From the NCBI GenBank assembly GCA_944389515.1, contig CALXMQ010000002.1, positions 71,094 to 135,093 on the forward strand: 64,000 nucleotides of DNA, in the 5' to 3' direction. Shown here piece by piece: positions 20,001 to 30,607 of the stretch. The notes under the pieces are model-generated. The model saw nothing but the letters and a program-made list of their open reading frames with translations. It was not told the DNA's origin and ran no database searches. The stretch's first letter is position 1. Each line of letters opens with the position of its first letter. Source of the DNA: an uncultured Alphaproteobacteria bacterium (GTDB lineage: Bacteria > Pseudomonadota > Alphaproteobacteria > Rs-D84). Position numbers and translations under genes: made by a program.

Positions 20001-20056
20001 TCGAACCGGCATACAAGGATTTGCAGTCCTCTGCATAACCACTCTGCCACCAGGCC
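19983..20056 (-). tRNA. tRNA-Cys (GCA)
   Basis: Reverse complement GGCCTGGTGGCAGAGTGGTTATGCAGAGGACTGCAAATCCTTGTATGCCGGTTCGATTCCGACCCAGGCCTCCA. Cloverleaf with GCA anticodon. CCA is encoded. Confidence 0.9.
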
Positions 20057-20156
20057 AATCTGAATATGTGACACATACTAAGCAAAAAAAAATTGTAATT
20101 CAACAGAAAAATTGTATTATATAGATATTATTAGGGAACAAGAGAGAGTTTTACAT

Positions 20157-21500
20157 ATGAAAAAAGCATTTTCAGTGATTTTTTTTATGCTGCCGGGTTT
20201 GGTTTTCGCGGCACCTGATGAAAATTGCCGTACAATGACCAATGTCCCTGACGGTGAATTGACATTACAACAGGTTATCGAATTGGGATTGTGTCGAAAT
20301 CCAGAAACAGCGGCGGCATATTTATCTTTGGAATCTGCGCGGTTTAATAAAAATGCTGGTTATTCACAATATTTGCCATCTGTCAGTGCGTCTGCATCAG
20401 CCAGTTTGCCGTACCGCAACAATGAATTTGCAGACTGGTCATATGGCGCATCGATTTCAGCATCGTATCTGATATTTGATTTTGGAAAACGTTTATCTGA
20501 TGTAAACCAACTGATTGATACATGGCGTGCAACTGGGTTTGATTACAGTGAATCTGTTCAAAATTATGTATACAGTGTTATTGGGGCATATTATGCATTA
20601 TTAAATGCAGACGCGGATGTTATGACCGCACGTGCCGTACAACAGGTATCAAAAACCGCCAAAGAAACAGCAGATAAAAAATTTAACGCTGGGGCAGTGG
20701 CACGCGCCGATGTATTAAAAGCAGACGTTACATTGGCCAGCAGTGAATTAGACCTGGAACGTGCAAAAAACAACCGCGAAATTGCCAAGGGAACGTTATT
20801 GGCTAAATTAGCCTTCCCAGCTGACCAAGATATAAAAATTGCGGATATGCCCGCAGAATTCGGCAGTGCATCTGAAAATAAAAGTATTGATGAACTGATT
20901 GAAATTGCGCGTGAAAAACGTCCTGACTTATTACGCGCAACGGCAAACAAAGACGCGGCATGGCACCGCAGAAACAGCACATTTTTATCAAATCTGCCAA
21001 CAATTTCCGCCAGTGGCAGTTTGTCATGGAATAATACACCGTCTGATGTGTATAACGCCGGGTCTGACCAGTGGAGTGGCAGTATCGGTATCCGGGCATC
21101 TATGCCTATATTTACTGGGTTTTCAAATTTTTACAGCAGTCGCGCCGCCCAGGCAAATTATGAACGCGCCATAGAACAAGAAAGACAAACAGTTGATAAT
21201 GCAATGTTGGACGTGTTCAGTGCATATCAAAACTATAAGACAGCGCAAACTGTATTGAAACAAACAGAAACATTATTGACATCTGCCAAGGAAACAGAAA
21301 ACGTTACCGCAGGTATGTACAAGGTAGGCAAGGCAACAATGCTGGATTGGCAACAGGCATTGGCAGATTTGGCCGATGCACACAAACAAAATAATGCTGC
21401 AAAATATGATTTATTTACAAAACGCGCGGCATTGGCATTGGCAATCGGTGATATCAAAGAAGGTTTAATCAAGGACGATGGAGAATCAACAGATGAATAA
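20157..21500 (+). CDS. TolC-family outer membrane efflux protein
   Basis: Signal peptide MKKAFSVIFFMLPGLVFA. Two repeated alpha/beta TolC halves. Start trimmed to the ATG with an AGAGAGAG RBS. Confidence 0.8.
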   Translation: MKKAFSVIFFMLPGLVFAAPDENCRTMTNVPDGELTLQQVIELGLCRNPETAAAYLSLESARFNKNAGYSQYLPSVSASASASLPYRNNEFADWSYGASISASYLIFDFGKRLSDVNQLIDTWRATGFDYSESVQNYVYSVIGAYYALLNADADVMTARAVQQVSKTAKETADKKFNAGAVARADVLKADVTLASSELDLERAKNNREIAKGTLLAKLAFPADQDIKIADMPAEFGSASENKSIDELIEIAREKRPDLLRATANKDAAWHRRNSTFLSNLPTISASGSLSWNNTPSDVYNAGSDQWSGSIGIRASMPIFTGFSNFYSSRAAQANYERAIEQERQTVDNAMLDVFSAYQNYKTAQTVLKQTETLLTSAKETENVTAGMYKVGKATMLDWQQALADLADAHKQNNAAKYDLFTKRAALALAIGDIKEGLIKDDGESTDE

Positions 21501-22674
21501 AGAACAAAAACAGCCCAAACAACACAAATTTTGGAATTGGGTACGTCGACGTAAATGGTGGATTTTATTATTCATCATTGTCGCAGGTGGATTTGTGTAC
21601 TTTATGAGTGGCGATGACAACCAAGGAACTGGTTTCGCAACGGCGACAATATCGCGTGGCGATTTGCGCCAGGTTGTAACCGCAACTGGTGAAATACAGC
21701 CACTGAATACCATCAATGTTGGTTCCCAGGTCAGCGGCACAATCGAAGCAATTTATGTCGATTATAATTCCAAAGTGAAAAAGGGTGATGTACTGTTGGA
21801 AATTGAACCGTCGGTATTACAGGCATCTGTGGATGAAGCATACGCATCATTGGTCAGTGCAGAATCACAACGCAATTACGCAAAAAACGAATATGAACGT
21901 AATCAAATCTTGTACGAAGATGGATTTATTTCACGTGCAGAACTAGAACAATCGCAAACAACGTATGAACAGGCAGAACAATCTGTGAATCGTATGCAAT
22001 CACAATATGACCGTGCTGTGACAAATTTGGGATATGCAACGATTACGTCACCGGTGGACGGCACAGTTATTTCACGCCAGGTTGACGTTGGACAAACGGT
22101 GGCGGCATCTTTCCAAACACCTGACTTATTTGAAATCGCCGAAGATTTATCAAAAATGCAAATTGAAACCGCAGTGTCAGAGGCTGATATTGGTATGATT
22201 ACCGAAGGGTTGCCAGTTACTTTTACAGTAGATGCGTACCCAACACAAACGTTCGAAGGTACCGTACGCCAAGTACGCTTATCGCCAACAATCACATCAA
22301 ATGTTGTTGTGTATACAGTGGTTATTGATGTTGATAACAGTGATTTGAAATTAAAACCTGGGATGACTGCGTTCGTTACCATTTTAATTTCTGAAAAAAC
22401 AGATGTATTGAAGGTACAAAATTCTGCATTGATTCTGCGTAATTTTGATGGCATCGTAACAGACCCAGGCGACGCGACACCTGATGACCATTTGGCAATC
22501 CAGCGCGTTGTTGATGGCATACAAACCGTTATATTGGTGCCATATGAAAAGGGTTTGGTAACCGCAACAGAAACAGAAATTATTTCTGATGAAATCCAAG
22601 AAGGTGACCGAATAATATTTGGTCGATATGGATTGGCATCAACTGGTTCGGCACGTATGGGGCCGCCAAGATAA
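21478..22674 (+). CDS. efflux transporter periplasmic adaptor (HlyD/MacA family)
   Basis: N-terminal TM, coiled-coil, lipoyl and beta-barrel domains. Overlaps the tolC-like stop. Confidence 0.75.
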   Translation: MENQQMNKEQKQPKQHKFWNWVRRRKWWILLFIIVAGGFVYFMSGDDNQGTGFATATISRGDLRQVVTATGEIQPLNTINVGSQVSGTIEAIYVDYNSKVKKGDVLLEIEPSVLQASVDEAYASLVSAESQRNYAKNEYERNQILYEDGFISRAELEQSQTTYEQAEQSVNRMQSQYDRAVTNLGYATITSPVDGTVISRQVDVGQTVAASFQTPDLFEIAEDLSKMQIETAVSEADIGMITEGLPVTFTVDAYPTQTFEGTVRQVRLSPTITSNVVVYTVVIDVDNSDLKLKPGMTAFVTILISEKTDVLKVQNSALILRNFDGIVTDPGDATPDDHLAIQRVVDGIQTVILVPYEKGLVTATETEIISDEIQEGDRIIFGRYGLASTGSARMGPPR

Positions 22675-22703
22675 AAAACGGGGCAACACCCCGTTTTTTT
22701 TAT
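22673..22703. terminator. bidirectional intrinsic terminator
   Basis: acggggcaacaccccgt followed by T8. Confidence 0.55.
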
Positions 22704-22707
22704 TAAA

Positions 22708-22950
22708 CTATTTTATAAATGAAATATCGTTTGTTTTTTGTTTATGTTTGCGACGCTGATATTCCAGTTCATCCATAACCAGTGGTGTTATTCGATTTAA
22801 TAATGTACTTAGTTGGCAATATGCATTAAATAATTCTTCGAATATTTCGGATTTTGTTCTGGTTTTTGGTTTGGTTTCAGTGGTCATCTTTGCCCCCATT
22901 GTAAAAAACAAAAACCACCAATATTTTAGGTGGTTGGAGCTTTCTAACAA
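22708..22950 (-). CDS. small hypothetical protein
   Basis: 80-aa ORF, or 59 aa from the internal Met. No family recognised. Confidence 0.25.
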   Translation of the reverse strand: MLESSNHLKYWWFLFFTMGAKMTTETKPKTRTKSEIFEELFNAYCQLSTLLNRITPLVMDELEYQRRKHKQKTNDISFIK

Positions 22951-23075
22951 CTAGCAAGTATTGCCGTGCTTTATTCAATATATTCAAGCACACTCCAACC
23001 CATGTCGGAGTTTTTACCCTTGTGGAACTTGCTAAAATGGGTTAGAAAGACCCAATGACAGTGCAACTGTCATGC
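22931..23075. ncRNA. candidate structured RNA or leader (nested helices A(B(C)(D))A' plus terminal hairpin E)
   Basis: Perfect complementarity: CTTTCTAAC 22940-22948 with GTTAGAAAG 23041-23049. TAGCAAGT 22952-22959 with ACTTGCTA 23027-23034. GTGCTT with AAGCAC (22966 / 22986). ACTCC with GGAGT (22992 / 23007). ATGACAG with CTGTCAT (23055 / 23068). Confidence 0.3.
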
Positions 23076-23153
23076 GTGATATTATAGTCAGCACATTTTA
23101 ATATTGCAATCTGAAAATTGTTTGGTATAATTTTTGGGCTTTATGGCAGTTTT

Positions 23154-23230
23154 GGGTGGTTAGCTCAGTTGGTTAGAGCGTTACGTTGACATCGTAAAGG
23201 TCGTTGGTTCGAGTCCAATACCACCCACCA
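23154..23230 (+). tRNA. tRNA-Val (GAC)
   Basis: GGGTGGTTAGCTCAGTTGGTTAGAGCGTTACGTTGACATCGTAAAGGTCGTTGGTTCGAGTCCAATACCACCCACCA. Confidence 0.9.
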
Positions 23231-23423
23231 CCCTTCGCGAAACGCTTCGGGTGGCAAGCCACTTATTCGTGGGGCTTTTTGGGTGCAGATTACAAGGTGT
23301 AATAAAAATTAAAGTTATAAAAAATAATGCGAATGTACAAATAATCTTGCTAAAATAATTCTGACGGGATTCCTGGGCGCCCCGTTGGGCGCCTGTATTT
23401 TTAATCGACACGGGGATATATAC

Positions 23424-25436
23424 ATGACAGACGATAATAAAAAACAAAAATATTTAATTACTTCGGCATTACCATATGTAAATGGTGAATTACACTTAGG
23501 GCACTTGGTGGGGTGTTGGTTGCCGTCTGATGTATATGCACGTTTTTGCCGTGCACGTGGACGTGACGTATTATATGTATGTGGGGCAGATGAACATGGA
23601 ACACCTGCGATTATTGGTGCAAAAAAAGAAAATATGCCTGTGATTGAATACACCAATAAGTATTATGAAAAACATCTGCGCGCGGTACGGGATTTTAATC
23701 TGTCGTTTGATTTATATGGTCGTACACACACAAAACTGCAAGAAAAATTGGTACAAGATTTATTTACACGTTTGGATGAATTGGGATTGATAGAAGAACG
23801 TGAAACACTGCAACCTTTTTCAGTTGATGATAATATGTTCTTGGCCGACAGACAGTTGGTTGGAACGTGCCCAAAATGCGGATATGAAAATGCACGTGGC
23901 GACCAATGTGATAATTGCAGCGCAACATATGATGCAGCAGAATTGATAAATCCGCGCAGCGCAATTTCTGGCAGTACAAATATTGAAATGCGCCCAACAA
24001 AAAACTTGTTTTTCTTGGCATCACGTGTCCAAGATGTATGGCGTAAATGGTTGCGTGAACATGCACCAAAATGGTCACGTACGGCCGCTGCAATCGCCCA
24101 GGGATGGGCAAATGATGAATTACGCGACACATCAATTACACGCGATTTGCCGTGGGGAATACCTGTGAATAAACCGGGGTATGAAAATAAAGTATTTTAT
24201 GTTTGGTTTGATGCCCCGTGGGGATACGTTTCTATATCCCAGGCGGCAACCGACGATTGGGCATCATGGTGGAAAAATAATGATTGCCATTATGCACAAT
24301 TTATGGGCAAAGATAATGTTAAATTCCATGCGGTGTTTTTCCCAGAACAAGAATTAGCAATGAAGGATAACTGGAAAACTGTCGACATGTTGAAATCTAT
24401 GAACTTTTTGAACTTTGAAGGCGGCAAGTTTTCTAAATCTGAACATCGTGGCGTATTCTTGGACGATGCATTGACTGTGGCGCCGGCAGATGCATGGCGT
24501 TATGCACTGATGGCATCGGCCCCGGAAACAGATGATACTAATTTTACATTTGAACGATTTGCAGATGTTGTGAACAAAGATTTGAACGGTATGTTGGGTA
24601 ACTTTGTTTCGCGTGTTTGCAAACTGACGCAAAAGAATTTTGGTAATAATGTGCCAAATGCTGGGGCACGCGACACAAATTTGGAATTGCAAATAAATGA
24701 AAAATTACGCGAACTGACCAACTGTTTAGACGCATGTGAATTTCGTGCGGCGATTGTTGCGTTACGGTCATTGTATGCAATCGGTAATGAATATATGACT
24801 GTGCAAGAACCGTGGGCGTTGGTAAAAAATGGTGATATGGCCAAGGCCGGGGCGGTACTGAATCAATGTTTTCAGTTGATTGATTTATATGCACGTGTAT
24901 CTGCGCCATTTATACCAGGTGCAGCAAATAAAATGCATGATGTGTTCACTGATTCTGATTTGGATTTATCATGGCCAGATGAATATGCGCCACGTGTTAC
25001 AGATGGTGCCGCGTTTGTTGTACCTGAAAACCTGTTTTCGCGTATTGATGATGAAACAGTTGCGGATTTGACACAAAAATATGCACCAAAATCTGATGAT
25101 GCGCCACAACCAATCGTGGCAAAAATCGTGGACGTAAAAAATCATCCGACACGCAATGATTTGCATATTTTAACGGTTGATGACGGAACAAATCATGCAA
25201 TACAAATTGTATGCGGCGCACCAAATGTACGCGTTGGATTTATTGGTGTGTTGGCGCCGATTGGTGCAAAGTTACCAGGTTCAAAAAAACCAATTACACA
25301 ACGCACAGTTGCAAACATAGAATCTTTTGGTATGATGTGTAGCCCAGATGAACTGGGGATTGATAAAAATGGCAATGAATTATTAGAATTGGATTCAAAT
25401 ACGCCATTGGGTGAAAAATATATAAATAAAGAGTAA
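23424..25436 (+). CDS. metG: methionine--tRNA ligase
   Basis: HLGH motif, zinc knuckle CPKCGYENARGDQCDNC, KFSKS motif, and a C-terminal tRNA-binding domain. Start trimmed to MTDDNKK. Confidence 0.95.
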   Translation: MTDDNKKQKYLITSALPYVNGELHLGHLVGCWLPSDVYARFCRARGRDVLYVCGADEHGTPAIIGAKKENMPVIEYTNKYYEKHLRAVRDFNLSFDLYGRTHTKLQEKLVQDLFTRLDELGLIEERETLQPFSVDDNMFLADRQLVGTCPKCGYENARGDQCDNCSATYDAAELINPRSAISGSTNIEMRPTKNLFFLASRVQDVWRKWLREHAPKWSRTAAAIAQGWANDELRDTSITRDLPWGIPVNKPGYENKVFYVWFDAPWGYVSISQAATDDWASWWKNNDCHYAQFMGKDNVKFHAVFFPEQELAMKDNWKTVDMLKSMNFLNFEGGKFSKSEHRGVFLDDALTVAPADAWRYALMASAPETDDTNFTFERFADVVNKDLNGMLGNFVSRVCKLTQKNFGNNVPNAGARDTNLELQINEKLRELTNCLDACEFRAAIVALRSLYAIGNEYMTVQEPWALVKNGDMAKAGAVLNQCFQLIDLYARVSAPFIPGAANKMHDVFTDSDLDLSWPDEYAPRVTDGAAFVVPENLFSRIDDETVADLTQKYAPKSDDAPQPIVAKIVDVKNHPTRNDLHILTVDDGTNHAIQIVCGAPNVRVGFIGVLAPIGAKLPGSKKPITQRTVANIESFGMMCSPDELGIDKNGNELLELDSNTPLGEKYINKE

Positions 25437-25439
25437 GAT

Positions 25440-25700
25440 ATGTTTATAGACAGAAAATTAAAAATTACACTGGATAACCAAGATTATTTTTTCAGATGCA
25501 ATGTATGCAAATCATCTAATGATTGTATGAACGGTGCCAAATGCAAGATTGTTGAATATTTGTCTGAACGTTTACCTGATGTATGTTTTGTTTTTGATAC
25601 GGATGTACCAAACGTAATTGTGCCATCTGATGATATAACCAGGGCGCAAAATGTTATAAATCGTGCGATCAGAAAACGGTGCATAAATCGTTCTATGTAA
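25440..25700 (+). CDS. small Cys-containing hypothetical protein
   Basis: 86 aa. Contains CNVC...C...C. Sits between metG and queH. Confidence 0.3.
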   Translation: MFIDRKLKITLDNQDYFFRCNVCKSSNDCMNGAKCKIVEYLSERLPDVCFVFDTDVPNVIVPSDDITRAQNVINRAIRKRCINRSM

Positions 25701-25716
25701 CGCATGGTATCGGCGC

Positions 25717-26301
25717 ATGACAGAAAATAAAACACGATTGGTTTTAATGTCTTGCTGTGCCCCGTGCAGCGCGGGCGCAATAAAACAACTGGCTGACCGA
25801 CAAATTCCTGGGGTTGATGATTTTATTGTTCTGTTTTTTAATCCTAATATTTTTCCGGCCGCAGAATATGATAAAAGACTGGCAGAACAAATACGATACT
25901 GTGAAAAATTGGGTGTAAAATACGCCATTGGTGAATACGACCATAACGCATGGCGCGACGCTGTGCGTGGATACGAAGAAGCCCCAGAACGCGGCGTGCG
26001 GTGCAGTCTGTGTTTCAAATTCCGTTTTGAATATGCGCGCCGATGGGCGGCAGAACATGGATATAACGCTGTGACATCTGTGTTCGGGGTATCACGCCAC
26101 AAAGACCAAGCCCAGGTCGACAGGGCAGGTAACGCCGCACTGGGCGTGCAATATATCCCAATTAAATGGGACGAAAAATTACGCTGTGAAATAAATCGGG
26201 CGTCTGATTTTTATCGGCAACAATATTGTGGATGCGAATTTTCTATGCGCCGGGATACAGATAAAATACAAAACACAAAACAAATTGTACCCATCAGATA
26301 A
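25717..26301 (+). CDS. queH: epoxyqueuosine reductase QueH (DUF208)
   Basis: LVLMSCCAPCS N-terminal motif and C-terminal CGCEFS match the QueH family. Confidence 0.75.
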   Translation: MTENKTRLVLMSCCAPCSAGAIKQLADRQIPGVDDFIVLFFNPNIFPAAEYDKRLAEQIRYCEKLGVKYAIGEYDHNAWRDAVRGYEEAPERGVRCSLCFKFRFEYARRWAAEHGYNAVTSVFGVSRHKDQAQVDRAGNAALGVQYIPIKWDEKLRCEINRASDFYRQQYCGCEFSMRRDTDKIQNTKQIVPIR

Positions 26302-26351
26302 TATTTGCGAATTCATCCTTTCAATTCTATAATTATCCCCATAAGTAAGGA

Positions 26352-27233
26352 GTGTATATGTCATCAATACTTGTTTTTCCCGGCCAGGGCAGTCAATCTG
26401 TTGGTATGGGGCGTGAATTATATGAAAACAATCCGGACGCACGTGCCGTGTTTGACGAAGTAGACGACGCGCTGAATCAAAAATTATCCGATATTATATT
26501 TAATGGTCCAATGGAAGATTTAACATTGACCACAAATGTCCAACCAGCAATCATGGCGGTATCTGTTGCAATGTTACGCGCATCACAAATGCCGTTGACA
26601 GAATATGTCGCAGGACATTCGTTGGGCGAATATACGGCGCTGTGTGCCGCAGGTGCATTGTCTGTTGCAGATACCGCACGATTGTTGCGTCTGCGTGGGG
26701 ATGCAATGCAACGTGCGGTGCCGGTTGGTGCCGGTCTGACCGCAGTGATTTTAGGATTAGATATTGATAAAGTGCGCGAAATTTGCGCGGCCACAGACTG
26801 TGACGTTGCAAATGATAATTCCCCAGGCCAGGTTGTTGTTTCTGGTGCACGTGATATTGTTGAAAAAACATTAGAAATGGCCAAGGCAGCAGGTGCCAAG
26901 CGCGCAATGCCATTGGCATTATCTGTGCCGGTACATTGTCGAATCCAGTCCCCAGCCGCAGATGAAATGCGTGCAGCGTTGGAAAATATAGAAATAAAAA
27001 CACCACGTGCGATTTTGATTTCTAATAAAACCGCGGCACCAATGACCGACCCGAACGAAATAAAAGAAGCGTTGATATATCAAATTACCCATGGTGTGCG
27101 GTGGCGTGAATCTGTATTAAAAATGCATGAATTGGGAATTGATGAAACCATAGAAGTTGGCCCAGGTGCAGTACTGACTGGATTGACTACACGTATTTGT
27201 TCTGAAATGACATCAAAAAAATTGGAGATATAA
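26352..27233 (+). CDS. fabD: malonyl CoA-ACP transacylase
   Basis: FPGQGSQ and GHSLGEY motifs. Confidence 0.9.
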   Translation: MYMSSILVFPGQGSQSVGMGRELYENNPDARAVFDEVDDALNQKLSDIIFNGPMEDLTLTTNVQPAIMAVSVAMLRASQMPLTEYVAGHSLGEYTALCAAGALSVADTARLLRLRGDAMQRAVPVGAGLTAVILGLDIDKVREICAATDCDVANDNSPGQVVVSGARDIVEKTLEMAKAAGAKRAMPLALSVPVHCRIQSPAADEMRAALENIEIKTPRAILISNKTAAPMTDPNEIKEALIYQITHGVRWRESVLKMHELGIDETIEVGPGAVLTGLTTRICSEMTSKKLEI

Positions 27234-27234
27234 A

Positions 27235-27963
27235 ATGTTTGAATTGACAGGCAAAGTTGCTTTGATAACCGGTGCCACTGGGGGAATTGGTGGTGAAATC
27301 GCAAAACAAATGCAGGCGGCAGGTGCAACCGTTGTTGTATCTGGGCGCAGTATTGAAAAACTGGATGCGCAATTTGACAATTCTTTTATAAAAATACCTG
27401 TTGATTTGGCGTCTGATGGTGGTGCGATTGATTTGGTCGCATCGACTGTGGATACGGCTGGTAAAATTGATATTGTTGTCAATAATGCTGGTATTACCAA
27501 AGATACATTATTGATGCGTATGACCGACGATCAATTTGATGATGTAATAAATACAAATCTGCGGTCTTGTTTCAAAATGTGTCGCGCCGTTATTATGCCG
27601 ATGATGAAACAAAGATTTGGACGCATCATAAATATGGCATCAATTATTGGTGCAATCGGGGGGCCGGGCCAGGCAAATTATGCGGCATCCAAAGGTGGCA
27701 TGATTGCCATGACAAAATCTGTTGCCGCCGAAGTTGGATCGCGTGGAATCACAGCGAATTGTATCGCACCTGGATTTATTAAAACACCAATGACAGACGT
27801 ATTGTCTGATGAATTAAAGAAATCTTATTTGGCACAAATTCCCGCAGGTCGTTTTGGCGAACCATCAGATATCGCCGCTGCGTGCGTATTTTTGGCATCT
27901 GATGCGGCGTCTTATATCAATGGTCAAGTATTACATATAAACGGTGGTATGGGTCGGTTTTAA
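27235..27963 (+). CDS. fabG: 3-oxoacyl-ACP reductase
   Basis: SDR family. [17 protein letters not shown]. Confidence 0.9.
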   Translation: MFELTGKVALITGATGGIGGEIAKQMQAAGATVVVSGRSIEKLDAQFDNSFIKIPVDLASDGGAIDLVASTVDTAGKIDIVVNNAGITKDTLLMRMTDDQFDDVINTNLRSCFKMCRAVIMPMMKQRFGRIINMASIIGAIGGPGQANYAASKGGMIAMTKSVAAEVGSRGITANCIAPGFIKTPMTDVLSDELKKSYLAQIPAGRFGEPSDIAAACVFLASDAASYINGQVLHINGGMGRF

Positions 27964-27965
27964 TA

Positions 27966-29615
27966 ATGAAATCATTTGATGTAATCGTTATTGGTGGTGG
28001 ACACGCCGGGGTCGAAGCTGCATGTGCATCGGCCCGGCGTGGTGCACAAACATTACTGATAACCCAAAATGAATATGATTTGGGTGCAATGTCGTGCAAC
28101 CCATCTGTTGGTGGACCGGGTAAATCACAAATGGTGGCAGAAATTGACGCCATGGGTGGAATCATGGGACGTGCGGCGGATGCGGCCGGTATTCATTTTA
28201 GAACACTGAACGCGTCACATGGTGCCGCAACCCAGGCACTGCGTGCACAAATTGACCGCGAATTATATCATAATGAAATTGTTAAAATTTTGCGCGACTA
28301 TCCAAATTTAACAGTACTGTTTGAAACTGTAAAATCGTTGGATGTGGCGAAAAAGTGCATAAACCAAGAATACAAAGCACGTGCAATCGTATTGACAACT
28401 GGAACATTTTTACATGGTCTGGTTACACGTGGCGCGGAAAAAATTCCATCTGGGCGAATTACCGACGATGGCAAATACCAGTCAGCGGATGAAATTATAT
28501 CTGATGTATTGTCAGATGCTGGGTTTCATTTAATGCGTTTGAAAACAGGAACACCGGCACGTATTGATAAATCATCTATTGATTATTCTGTGTGTGAAGT
28601 ACAACCTGGGGATACGCCGCATGATTGGTTCAGTGAACCAAACCCAGATAATAATTATGATGCAGTATGTTATATAACACATACGACGCAAAAGACACAC
28701 GATATAATTCGTGAAAATATTAAATCGGCACCAATGTATAATGGCGATATTCGTGGCACTGGACCACGGTATTGTCCCAGCATAGAAGACAAGGTTATGC
28801 GTTTCCCAGAACATACATCACACCATGTTTTTCTGGAACCAGAAGGCATGACCAGCAATTTAATTTACCCAAACGGAATTTCCACCAGTTTTGGCGCCGA
28901 TATCCAAGACATTTGGATTCGTACAATACCAGGTTTAGAAAACGCACATATTGTTCGTTATGGTTATGCGATTGAATATGACGCGATTGATGCACGTGCA
29001 TTGCGTGATACTTTGGAATCCAAAGATGTTCCAGGCGTATTTTTTGCTGGTCAAATCAATGGCACATCTGGGTACGAAGAAGCCGCCGCCCAAGGTATCG
29101 TCGCAGGTGCAAACGCGGCCGCATTTGCATTGGGGGCACCGGTATTAAAACTGGACAGAACAAACGCCATGATTGGTGTTTTAATTGATGATATTACAAC
29201 ACTGGGGGTGGATGAACCGTATCGTATGTTCACATCACGCGCAGAATACAGATTATCATTACGCGCAGATAATGCGATTGCACGTCTGGGCGATATGGCG
29301 GTGGCGTGTGATTTAATTACCCATGATATGCGTGATAAAAAATATGCATATCGTGCAGATAAAATTCGTGAAAACGATAAATTCTATGCTGGATATATCC
29401 AGCGCAATGAACGCGAAATTGCTGCATACCGGCGCGATGCAGAATTAAAAATTCCACCACATTTTGAATATCGCGGTTTACCCGGATTGACAAATGAATT
29501 GATTGAAAAACTGACCATTACACGACCAGAAAATATCGCAGACCTGGGGCGAATTCCGGGAATAACGCCGGCCGGAATAATGGTTGTATTACGTAAAATT
29601 AAATGCGGTAATTAA
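27966..29615 (+). CDS. mnmG: tRNA uridine 5-carboxymethylaminomethyl modification enzyme MnmG (reduced, 549 aa)
   Basis: [27 protein letters not shown], and a C-terminal GITPAGI motif. Lacks about 60-70 aa of the C-domain relative to E. coli. Confidence 0.9.
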   Translation: MKSFDVIVIGGGHAGVEAACASARRGAQTLLITQNEYDLGAMSCNPSVGGPGKSQMVAEIDAMGGIMGRAADAAGIHFRTLNASHGAATQALRAQIDRELYHNEIVKILRDYPNLTVLFETVKSLDVAKKCINQEYKARAIVLTTGTFLHGLVTRGAEKIPSGRITDDGKYQSADEIISDVLSDAGFHLMRLKTGTPARIDKSSIDYSVCEVQPGDTPHDWFSEPNPDNNYDAVCYITHTTQKTHDIIRENIKSAPMYNGDIRGTGPRYCPSIEDKVMRFPEHTSHHVFLEPEGMTSNLIYPNGISTSFGADIQDIWIRTIPGLENAHIVRYGYAIEYDAIDARALRDTLESKDVPGVFFAGQINGTSGYEEAAAQGIVAGANAAAFALGAPVLKLDRTNAMIGVLIDDITTLGVDEPYRMFTSRAEYRLSLRADNAIARLGDMAVACDLITHDMRDKKYAYRADKIRENDKFYAGYIQRNEREIAAYRRDAELKIPPHFEYRGLPGLTNELIEKLTITRPENIADLGRIPGITPAGIMVVLRKIKCGN

Positions 29616-29619
29616 AACA

Positions 29620-29650
29620 GCATTGGCCGGTATTTACCGGCCTTTTTGTT
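29620..29650. terminator. bidirectional terminator
   Basis: ggccggtatttaccggcc followed by a T-run. Confidence 0.55.
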
Positions 29651-30308
29651 ATTTTTTCTTGATTATTTCTAATTTGCCATGATGATATTGTGCGATAAAA
29701 ACATTTTCAGGATCACGGATTTTCTTTGCATGTAATTGTGCCATCAGCCACAATTCTGTTTTTCCAATTTTTTCTAAGGCAGCAGTATCAATGACACCAT
29801 TATCAATCAGTATAACTGAATAATTTTCATCGCCTTGTTTTACAACGGTTAAATCACCGTTGGCTTCGACCTGGGCAAATTTAATTTCACGCAGCGAGTG
29901 TATATCTTGGGCACGCAGGGCGGCAGCAACATCACGCACGTTCAGACGCATTTTTCGCATAACATCTGCGCGAAATTCACCGTTTTGCACAATTACACGT
30001 GGACGTCCCACAAACATACGTCGACCAAATGCAGTATTAAACGACAACCAATTCACAATCGCCAATAACACGCCATATATAACCATTATTACCAAAAAAT
30101 CCATAATGGAAAATGCATCATCTAAAATAAAACTGGATAAAATCGCACTAAGCAAGAAATTCAAAACGACACTGATTGGGGTCAGTTGTTTTAATTGACT
30201 GTTCATATTAAACATTTTCAAAAACACAACTGCGGTGGCTAATGCCAGTGCTAACTTTACGGCCACCATCCAATAACTAGAAAAAATTTCGGACATATAT
30301 ATAACCAT
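29649..30308 (-). CDS. DUF421 (YetF-like) membrane protein
   Basis: Three N-terminal TM helices and a C-terminal soluble domain (GEFRADVMRKMRLNVRDVAAALR). Confidence 0.55.
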   Translation of the reverse strand: MVIYMSEIFSSYWMVAVKLALALATAVVFLKMFNMNSQLKQLTPISVVLNFLLSAILSSFILDDAFSIMDFLVIMVIYGVLLAIVNWLSFNTAFGRRMFVGRPRVIVQNGEFRADVMRKMRLNVRDVAAALRAQDIHSLREIKFAQVEANGDLTVVKQGDENYSVILIDNGVIDTAALEKIGKTELWLMAQLHAKKIRDPENVFIAQYHHGKLEIIKKK

Positions 30309-30414
30309 CGCATGATGATTTTACCACATGACCAAACAGTGTTAAACAAGATAGAAATCCCACGAATTTATTACTGGAAATGCGCGAAAACATATATTAT
30401 TATATAACGCACGT

Positions 30415-30490
30415 GCCGGTTTAGCTCAGCTGGTAGAGCATCTCATTCGTAATGAGGGGGTCGTAGGTTCAAGTCCTATAACCGGCACCA
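30415..30490 (+). tRNA. tRNA-Thr (CGT)
   Basis: GCCGGTTTAGCTCAGCTGGTAGAGCATCTCATTCGTAATGAGGGGGTCGTAGGTTCAAGTCCTATAACCGGCACCA, followed by a GGGCGC...GCGCCC hairpin and T-run. Confidence 0.9.
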
Positions 30491-30607
30491 GGAATAAAAA
30501 AATGAACAATATGGCAATAATTATTATAAAATAAACTGGCACATGCGCTTCTGCACGTGGCTGGGGCGCATGGGCGCCCGTTTTTTATAATCACCAAGGA
30601 GCATAAA

